A stretch of 64,000 bases of DNA, taken from NCBI GenBank assembly GCA_041640595.1, contig JBEPZY010000008.1:66566-130565 (forward strand), given 5' to 3'. The notes beneath the pieces were generated by a model. That model was not told the DNA's origin. It ran no database searches and saw only the letters and a list, made by a program, of their open reading frames with translations. Of the stretch, positions 30,113-37,583 are shown one piece after another. Made by a program: the position numbers and the translations under genes. The stretch is from Gemmatales bacterium (GTDB lineage Bacteria; Planctomycetota; Planctomycetia; Gemmatales; HRBIN36). Numbering within the stretch: the stretch's first letter is position 1; each line of letters starts with the position of its first letter.

Positions 30113-33100
30113 ATGCTGCGACGGCGAGAAGTCCAACGGGGTGCGGCCCTTGCGGCGACGCTGGTCTTCTGGAGCGTGTTGCACGGCGACCCGGTCAATG
30201 TGCGAAAAGATGAACGCCCAAGTTCACCGCAGCCGACGGACCTGGGCCAGTTTTCTCAGGAAAAGTTGCGCCAAGAGGGGCTGTTGACCTATGAAACGCA
30301 GGATAAGGAAATCCTCTTTGCGCTGAAATTGCGCGTTCGTCTGAACCACACAGTTAACCAGCCGCGAGATTTCGTTGTTTTGTTCGACACCACAGCCAGT
30401 CAGGCAGGTGAAAGCTGGTTGGTGCAGCTGGCCCTGCTCAAGGAGCTTTGCCGGCAAATCAGCGACCAGGATCGCATCCGCGTGATCACTGTCAACACTC
30501 AGCCCGGCGAATTGACGGCGGGTTTCGTTCGCAAGGGCGATCCTGCACTGGAAAAGGCTCTCCAGCAGCTCTCCGACATCACGCCGATGGGTGCCGCCGA
30601 TCTGAAAGCCGCTCTCGACAAGGCCATCGAGAGCCTGGACATTCAGCCTGGCCGTCAGCCGGTGGTGGTGTACATCGGGGACGGCATGAGCAGTTTGCGG
30701 CCCATCGGCGGGCAAGAACGCCTTCGTTATGCTGAAACTTTCAACCGCCTGCGGGTCCCCTTCTATGCCATCCCGATCGGGTTCCGCCTCGACCCTGAAT
30801 TTTTGCACGGCATGACCGGAAGCACCGGCGGGGCCGTATGGCGGGTTGACATCCGTTACAGTGTGCCGGAACTGTGGAAACAATTTTTGCCGCAGCTGGA
30901 AGTGCCCGTGCTGTATCCGATCGAATATCAGTTGCCAGCGGAAGTCGCCGAAGCCTACCCGACGAAATTACCGCCTTTGCGTGCGGACACGTCAACCTTG
31001 ATCGTTGGCCGCCTGCGCCAACTTCCGCAAAAATTCGCCTGGCAAGTCAAGGGTACGGTGCAGGAGCAACCGGTGCAGGTGAGCGGCGAGGAAAAAGTAG
31101 TTCCGCCGGATGTCAGTATGTTCTTCCTCAAGGCGTTGGTAGAACAAGGCCGCAAAGATCGCGAAGCACCCGCGTTGTTACCTGCGGATCGCATGCTGGT
31201 GATGGCCCACAATCAGGTGCGAATGGTACGCGAAGAACTGCTGGCTCAAGGACGTTTGGCCATCCGCATGGATCGGCTTGACCTGGCCCGGCAACTGTTC
31301 GAGCAAGCGCAGCAGCTGGTGCCTCACGACCCGGAAGCCCGAGCCGCCGTCCGTTTGGTCGAACGGTTGCAGCAAGCTCCCGATGCAGCCCAGCGGCGTG
31401 AGCTTCTCGAACGGGGCTTAGCGCAAGCCGGACCAGCAGGCGGCGGTGGAGCCGCAGCCGCACAGCCCAACGCCAAGCCCGACCCGCAAGCCGAGGATTT
31501 ACTGCGCCGTCAGGAGCAGATCATTCGCATCCTCGAGCAGCAACTCAAAAACGACATTGACGAAGCGTTACGGCAGCTGGATCGGCCATTGACAGCGGCA
31601 GAAGCTAACGAGTGGCTGGCGCGGCTGAAACTTTTGACCGAAACCGTCCAGCGCGAAACGCAGATCGGCCCGCAGGTCAGAGAACAATTATTGCAGCGCC
31701 TGGCTGCAGCGATGCGTCAACTTGAGCGCCGATTAGACGAACAACGTCGTCGCGAAGCCGAAGCTCAGGCGCGAGAAATGCAGGCTCAGGAACTGGCTCG
31801 CCGTCAGGAACAGGTACTGGATGAACAGGCCCGCGTGCGGCAACTGATGCAGCAGTTCCATGCCCTGGTGCAGGCGAATCGGCTCATGGAAGCGTATCGC
31901 AAGGGCTTACAGATCGCGCAAGCGACCCCGGGTGAGTCGATCGGTGTGGCGACGTCGAGTCAGGCCTTAGCTTCGCGGTATCTAGGTGAATCCCAACGTC
32001 TGGTTCAGGAACGGCAGGCAAAGTACCTGGCCGCCATGCTGGAAATCGAACGCTCGCATGTGCCCTTCCCGGACGAGCCGCCTATCACGTTTGCTCCTGC
32101 CAGCTTTTACGAAACCAAGATTTTCCGCAACTGGAACGAATTATCACGACACCGTATCAAGCGGTGGCTGGTCAGCTATCTGGGCGAAGCACCATCGGAA
32201 CGTGCTCAGGAAATCGAACGGATGCTGTCGCAACCAAGTCCGCTTCTGGATCGCGACTTCCCCGCTGACACTCCGCTAAACCTGGTTCTGGAAACCATCG
32301 AGAAGAAGCTCAACCTTCCGATCCGCATAGACTTTGAGGCTTTCGGTGAAGAAGCGGCGAAATTTGATCCGCAGCAGATGACGCTCAAAAAGGCTGTGCG
32401 GGTCAGAAATATGTCGCTGGGGATGATCTTGCACGATGCGCTGGCCAGTGTCGAACCCCAGGCCACTTATATCATCCGGCGGGATACCATCGAAATTACC
32501 AGTCCGCAAAAGGCCATCGCTGAAAAGGTTCTTCGCGTGTATCCCGTGCCGGAACTGGTTTTGCCACCGCTATTCGGAGGCAACCCGTTCCAGCTCAACA
32601 CCATGATTTTCGGCTTTGGTTTCCAGATGGGCGTGCCCATGATGATGTGGGGGATGATGATGGGTATGCCTGGCATGATGATGGGCATGCCCGGCATGAT
32701 GATGGGTATGCCTGGCATGATGATGGGTATGCCCGGCATGATGATGGGAATGCCCGGCATGATGATGGGCATGCCTGGCATGATGATGGGGTTCCCCGGC
32801 ATGATGATGATGGGCGGTATGATGATGGGTATGATGATGGGCATGCCCGGCATGATGATGGGAATGCCCGGAATGATGATGGGGTTCCCCGGCATGATGA
32901 TGATGGGTGGCATGATGATGGGCATGATGATGGGTATGCCCGGCATGATGATGATGGGCGGTATGATGATGGGCGGCATGATGATGGGTGGCATGATGAT
33001 GGGTGGTTTGATGGCCATGGGCGGACCTAACCTGTTTGCAACCAATAGCGCGCCCATGCTCATCGAGCTTATCAAGCAAGTCGTTGGCGGGCCGGGCGAC

Positions 33101-34774
33101 TGGTATATTGACCCGATGAACATGATGATGCTGACCATGATGGGCCAGCAGCCGCCACAAGACTACAACCCTCTTCTGGCCAATTACATCGGTTACTATG
33201 ACCCGGCGTTTGCACTGGTGGTAAGGGCGACAGCGCGCCTGCATGAGCGCGAAACCCGCACGTTGACTTTGCCGGCAGCCGCAGGGGGCGGCGGTGCTGC
33301 TGGGGGTATGGGGCAAGCGGGTCATGGGGAACGCCATTTCGCCCACGCCGATATTGTCCGCGACGTCGAGGGAGTCATTGGCGGATTGGTGGGTGCACAG
33401 GCTTTGCGAGGCCGTGGGAAGGTAGTCGCTGCTCAGCTGGATGCAAAGAAGGCCTGGCAGGAGGCTCTGGCACGCAGCGATAAACCGGTGGATGCGGATG
33501 TGCTCTTTGCTGGGGCTGCTGCGCTGGCCGCCAGTGGGCACTGGAATCACGCGGCTGAGTTACTCAAAGCCGGTTTGCGTCAGGGTGGCGTAGCCCGCGA
33601 CTGGATGTTCGAAGCAATCGCCCTGGCTATTCGCATTCAGCACGGCGACCCGGAGGAAGAAGTTCGGTGCCTGCTCTCCGCAGCGGATTTGCGGCCCAGC
33701 GATGCTTTCGGTTTGCTCCAGGGCGCTGAAGTGCTGGCACGGCATGGCAAATACGCCCCGGCTATCTCGCTGACTCGATTGGCTGCTGAGCAAAACCCTG
33801 AATTGCCGCATCCGTACCTGTTCGCCCTGCAACTGGCGAGCAAAGCGAAGGACGTGCCCACGGTACGCTGGGCGGCGATGGAATTGCTCCGCCGCGATTG
33901 GCCCATCCAGTGTGCTGAACTTCACGCTACCGCTCAACGCACGCTCGAAGACCTGGCGGAAGCATTGCGGAAAGAAGGTCGCGCTCCGGATGCCGAAGCG
34001 CTTGCCCTGCCCGCAGCACAAATCCAGCGCCGCGATCTCGTGATTCGGCTGTTGTGGACTGGAAACGCCGATCTCGATCTGGAAATTTCCGAACCCTCCG
34101 GAAGCACCTGTTCCCTCACCCAGCGAGTAACTGCCAACGGTGGCAGTTTGCAAGCTGATTTTGATGCGGAACATCAGACCGAAATCTACAGCGTCGCAGA
34201 AGGTTACTCCGGCGAATATCGCGTGACCGTCAAACCGCGCTGGGGTAAGCCGGTGGCCGGCAAAGCGGTCGTCGAAATCATCACGCATCAGGGCACGCCC
34301 AACGAGCAGATTCGCCGCGAGATGATCACCGTGGCCAGGGAGCCGGTAACCCTGACCGTGCAGCTGCGCGACGGCCGACGCCAGCAACCTGCACCGGTAG
34401 CGCCGCTGGAAGCTTATCGCCTGGGCATTGACCCATTCTATCGGCCGACCTGGCCGGTCCCCGGTGCTGAGATGCTGCGGCAGTTAGCGGTTCCTATCAC
34501 CACGGGTATTGAAATACGTCGCTCGCCGTTCGGCCCGACCAGTATGGCCGATCCTTTGCCGCGACCAGGCGATGACGATAACTCCGGCCCGCAACTTGGG
34601 CCCGGTGGTGCGCCAGGCGTAGTGGTCATACCCGCCGGTGCCCTGGTCAATACGCAAGCTCTGGTCCATAGCGACCGTCGCTACGTTCGCCTTTCCGCAA
34701 ACGTGACCTTCAGTGGCATTACAGGTTTTGTGCCTGTGCCGTTGGCCAGCCTCAGCCCTGGCATACGGCCGTAA
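30113..34774 (+). CDS. giant secreted multidomain protein: signal peptide, vWA, coiled coil, STN-like module, Met/Gly repeat, helical repeats, DUF2135-like beta domain
   Basis: ATG at 30113 preceded by AAGGAGAGGAG (the track starts at TTG 30092). vWA with MIDAS-like DTTAS (30386-30400) and VVVYIGDGMS. About 400 aa of Q/R/E-rich coiled coil. LVIRLLWTGNADLDLEISEPSGSTC...GYSGEYRVTV resembles DUF2135. Confidence 0.9.
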   Translation: MLRRREVQRGAALAATLVFWSVLHGDPVNVRKDERPSSPQPTDLGQFSQEKLRQEGLLTYETQDKEILFALKLRVRLNHTVNQPRDFVVLFDTTASQAGESWLVQLALLKELCRQISDQDRIRVITVNTQPGELTAGFVRKGDPALEKALQQLSDITPMGAADLKAALDKAIESLDIQPGRQPVVVYIGDGMSSLRPIGGQERLRYAETFNRLRVPFYAIPIGFRLDPEFLHGMTGSTGGAVWRVDIRYSVPELWKQFLPQLEVPVLYPIEYQLPAEVAEAYPTKLPPLRADTSTLIVGRLRQLPQKFAWQVKGTVQEQPVQVSGEEKVVPPDVSMFFLKALVEQGRKDREAPALLPADRMLVMAHNQVRMVREELLAQGRLAIRMDRLDLARQLFEQAQQLVPHDPEARAAVRLVERLQQAPDAAQRRELLERGLAQAGPAGGGGAAAAQPNAKPDPQAEDLLRRQEQIIRILEQQLKNDIDEALRQLDRPLTAAEANEWLARLKLLTETVQRETQIGPQVREQLLQRLAAAMRQLERRLDEQRRREAEAQAREMQAQELARRQEQVLDEQARVRQLMQQFHALVQANRLMEAYRKGLQIAQATPGESIGVATSSQALASRYLGESQRLVQERQAKYLAAMLEIERSHVPFPDEPPITFAPASFYETKIFRNWNELSRHRIKRWLVSYLGEAPSERAQEIERMLSQPSPLLDRDFPADTPLNLVLETIEKKLNLPIRIDFEAFGEEAAKFDPQQMTLKKAVRVRNMSLGMILHDALASVEPQATYIIRRDTIEITSPQKAIAEKVLRVYPVPELVLPPLFGGNPFQLNTMIFGFGFQMGVPMMMWGMMMGMPGMMMGMPGMMMGMPGMMMGMPGMMMGMPGMMMGMPGMMMGFPGMMMMGGMMMGMMMGMPGMMMGMPGMMMGFPGMMMMGGMMMGMMMGMPGMMMMGGMMMGGMMMGGMMMGGLMAMGGPNLFATNSAPMLIELIKQVVGGPGDWYIDPMNMMMLTMMGQQPPQDYNPLLANYIGYYDPAFALVVRATARLHERETRTLTLPAAAGGGGAAGGMGQAGHGERHFAHADIVRDVEGVIGGLVGAQALRGRGKVVAAQLDAKKAWQEALARSDKPVDADVLFAGAAALAASGHWNHAAELLKAGLRQGGVARDWMFEAIALAIRIQHGDPEEEVRCLLSAADLRPSDAFGLLQGAEVLARHGKYAPAISLTRLAAEQNPELPHPYLFALQLASKAKDVPTVRWAAMELLRRDWPIQCAELHATAQRTLEDLAEALRKEGRAPDAEALALPAAQIQRRDLVIRLLWTGNADLDLEISEPSGSTCSLTQRVTANGGSLQADFDAEHQTEIYSVAEGYSGEYRVTVKPRWGKPVAGKAVVEIITHQGTPNEQIRREMITVAREPVTLTVQLRDGRRQQPAPVAPLEAYRLGIDPFYRPTWPVPGAEMLRQLAVPITTGIEIRRSPFGPTSMADPLPRPGDDDNSGPQLGPGGAPGVVVIPAGALVNTQALVHSDRRYVRLSANVTFSGITGFVPVPLASLSPGIRP
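32626..33023 (+). repeat. in-frame 21-nt tandem repeat encoding (MPGMMMG)n
   Basis: Units of ATG CCY GGC ATG ATG ATG GGN with synonymous variation. The higher-order pattern ending FPGMMMMGGMMMGMMMG occurs twice. Confidence 0.97.
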
Positions 34775-34966
34775 TGCCTTCCGAGTCATTCTGGCTAGCC
34801 CTACCATCTGGACGCTAGCCCCGGCCGGACGCCAACGGACAACTCGTCGCTCAGATAACCAACCGCCTCATGCGTGGAATCGGTCGCCAAGGAAGCGGCA
34901 AAGCAACAGGAAGATCACAGAATCGCACTGGCATAGTCGGCCGTTTCTGCCCCAATTGTCGCCGCG

Positions 34967-35554
34967 TTAAGGAGTCGGTTTGCTCGGCGCGGTTACGTTG
35001 TCACTCGTACCAGCGGGGATGGACGAGCTGGCAGCACGGCTGCGAGCATCCAGATCGGCTTTGGTGTACAAGACCAGTCCTGCTCCGACAGCTGCCAGAA
35101 TGATGCCAACATAAAACAGCGGGCCGGGACGCAGTCCCGCCGCAGGCGGATGCCAGGCCAGGCTGACCAGCGTATTGACGATTGGGGCACCCGCGAAAAC
35201 CAGCGGAGCGATAAACAGAGGACTGCCACCGTTTTTGATGGAAAGGATAATGCACAAGGCTCCCGCGGCGCCGGCAGCACCGGCCAGGGTCGCAAAACTA
35301 ATGCCTCGCCAGTTGATCTGACCCTGACGCCAGAATTGCAACCGTTCGCCGCCAGCCAGGTCGAAGTGAAGCAACAGCAACGGCACCACCACCGCCGTCA
35401 CAAAATACGCCAGGCCCACACACAAAAACGCGCGCACCGCACCGGCCGGTGGTCGGCCTTCACCCAGTTCCTTCTGGCCCTCGTGCAAAGTCGGAACATA
35501 TACTCCCCACGATAAAATCGCCCCCAGCACAAAAGCCAGCCATAGCATCTTCAT
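34967..35554 (-). CDS. polytopic membrane protein, unknown function
   Basis: Start trimmed to MKMLWLAFVLGAILSWG (ATG 35554, SD GAGGAG upstream). Four to five hydrophobic helices. The track ORF (to 35776) adds a non-protein-like leader. Confidence 0.7.
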   Translation of the reverse strand: MKMLWLAFVLGAILSWGVYVPTLHEGQKELGEGRPPAGAVRAFLCVGLAYFVTAVVVPLLLLHFDLAGGERLQFWRQGQINWRGISFATLAGAAGAAGALCIILSIKNGGSPLFIAPLVFAGAPIVNTLVSLAWHPPAAGLRPGPLFYVGIILAAVGAGLVLYTKADLDARSRAASSSIPAGTSDNVTAPSKPTP

Positions 35555-36652
35555 GGCTCTCCTCAAAAGTCCTGACGGCCAGTTATCGCCTCGTTTCGAT
35601 CGTAAATGGGCTACGGACGATGGCTGCTGAAAAGTCGCACCACAATTGCCCGAAAATTCGCTACCACGCCGGACACACGATTCGGCAGCTATTGCTGACA
35701 AGGAATGCCCGTTTGATCCCGGCGAGTTGCTGCGGATTGTATTCGGACAAAAACTCGCTAACAAGATGCCTGCCATGGACGCGCCCTAACTTGAACGCAC
35801 ATTCGTATCGCCTGAGACGAATTGCAAACGCCGCGATTTCCAACCCTGCAAAACGCCTTTGCACGTTCAGCTTCATCGCATCATGGGTGCGTAACAAGCA
35901 AAGGCCGCGATGCCGGCACAGGTCGAACGCTCGCCAGCCAACCGATGCGATCCCGACGACCGGCCCCCGCTCGGTAACCTTTCCTGGCGGAAAACTGGAT
36001 CAGCACATACCCAGGACATTTCGCTAGCGATTGGCTCTCAAAAAAGCATTCCTTGCTGGAAGAGCAGGCAGTCGCACTGCGTCCTGTGCTCTGGTTTCCG
36101 CCAGCCGACAGCATGCTTGCCTTGCAGAAAATGGCATTCCCTCGCGGCGCAACGGATGTGGGATTGGCTCAGCTTGTCGAAACGACGTGGCGTTTCACGG
36201 CCAGTGATCGTGTTTTCGCAACTACGCTGCCCGAACGCACGGGAAAACCGGTCACAACACGGCTGTGCTCGCGTCCCACCGCACCTCATTCTCCATAGCG
36301 TTGTTGCCGGCTTGTCCGCAGGGAGAAAGTTCGCAACAACGGCTAAGGCAGGCGGATATGCGCAACGAAGCCGCCTTCTGTGCCAATTGGGCTAACCAGG
36401 AGCGCTAAACTCCCGGATACGAGCCCGGAATACGACGAAGCACCGTGCTTCTGAGTCCCATCGGGGAGCCTGCACCGCAAAACTGGCCAGCGAACGTGCG
36501 CATGGGCGGTGATGTTTTTCGGGAGCATCGCCAGACGGTGCGCTATTTTCCCACCCCGGACGGTGAGCGATTGTGTCTGGCGCAACGCTTTCGGAAGCGG
36601 CTGGCTACACCATCGCGCATCCGGCAAACGACGCAGTTGCGGCGGTTCTTGG

Positions 36653-36793
36653 TCAGGCGGCTTTTTCTTTCGTTACCTTGGACAGGTGGTTCTGCAATCG
36701 GTCGAGTATTTTTTTCAGATGGGCAATCTTGCGGTCCACCCGCTGGAGACGCCGCAGCAATACTTGCCGTTTCTTTTCCTGCATGCTGGCCAT
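36653..36793 (-). CDS. small basic helical protein (46 aa)
   Basis: Not in the track (<60 aa). AGGAGG lies 8 nt upstream of the ATG at 36793. MASMQEKKRQVLLRRLQRVDRKIAHLKKILDRLQNHLSKVTKEKAA shows heptad-like Leu/Ile spacing. TGA stop at 36655-36653. Confidence 0.45.
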   Translation of the reverse strand: MASMQEKKRQVLLRRLQRVDRKIAHLKKILDRLQNHLSKVTKEKAA

Positions 36794-36866
36794 GCTCGTT
36801 TCCTCCTGCCTTGTGGCGAATAGATTTGGCTTGTCCGCAAACCGAAAGCGGCATTAACTGCATCGG

Positions 36867-37030
36867 CAATACCTTCGGTAACGATTAAGCAAAACGTTGC
36901 CAAGCATACCGCTGCCCCATTCGCCACCACGCAATACCTTCGGTAACGGTTGAGCAAAAGGTTACCAAACATACCGCTACCCCATCCGCCACCACGCAAT
37001 ATCTTCGGTAACAATTAAGCAAAAGGCCCC
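36867..37030. repeat. 2.6 copies of a 65-bp tandem repeat
   Basis: CAATACCTTCGGTAACGATTAAGCAAAACGTTGCC... starts at 36867, 36932 and 36997. Each full unit can form a GGTAAC(G)/(C)GTTRCC hairpin. Lies 75-240 bp upstream of the small ORF. Confidence 0.92.
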
Positions 37031-37200
37031 GATGATCCCGCCGGCATGCCGCCCACTCGCCCAGCCAGAATCCCCGCAACCTCCAGGCCAACAGAATCCG
37101 CTTGGGCTGGCCGGAAGGCGAAGTTTTTCGCTGGTTCGGATCGCGAGTATCCGTTTCAGAGTATCAGCGTTCGGAGTGTCAGTCAGGGCCCGTCGCCGGG

Positions 37201-37583
37201 CGGGCTTGCCGCTACGTTGATGCAAGTGGACGTGGGCCCTGACAGGTCCGCATGGGCGATCTCTGCCTTGACAGGTGGGTTTGCGGCTATGCTGATGCAG
37301 GTGATGGCTGCCGGTGTTATCGTCAGGGTACCAGCGACCATTGGCAGCGAGGTTCCCTGCCACGTTGATGCAAACGGTGGCCGTCAGCGTTACCGTGGGG
37401 CGATCGACTGGCGGTTGACAGGCGGGTTTGCCGCTACTTTGATGCAGGTGATGGCTGCCGGTGTTATCGTCAGGGTACCAGCGACCATTGGCAGCGAGGT
37501 TCCCTGCCACGTTGATGCAAACGGTGGCCGTCAGCTTTACCGTGAGGCGATCGACTGGCGGTTGCCAGGCGGGTTTGCGGCTA
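37201..37583. repeat. phased tandem array: ~73.5-bp subunits in a 147-bp dimeric unit
   Basis: GGGYTTGCSGCTA occurs at 37201, 37277, 37424 and 37571. The 147-bp units 37277-37423 and 37424-37570 are nearly identical. Alternate subunits carry GCCACGTTGATGCAAACGG (about 37357 and 37504). The last copy contains the NTPase stop codon (37581-37583). Confidence 0.95.

Noticed and set aside
32467-33550. His-rich (HHHAGHTHHH..., 32570-33550) and Ile/Pro-rich (IIMPGIPIIMP, 32467-33138) minus-strand ORFs that look like metal-binding repeat proteins
   Set aside because: They are the antisense mirror of the ATG-rich Met repeat (CAT gives His, ATC/ATT gives Ile). The plus-strand frame is continuous with a 1553-codon ORF that has recognisable domains on both sides.
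37434-37583. Stop-codon readthrough of the NTPase into the repeats, since a TAG recurs in the same frame every 147 nt
   Set aside because: Translating past the TAG in the NTPase frame meets a TGA after 36 codons (...CQWSLVP*), so the frame is not open between the TAGs.
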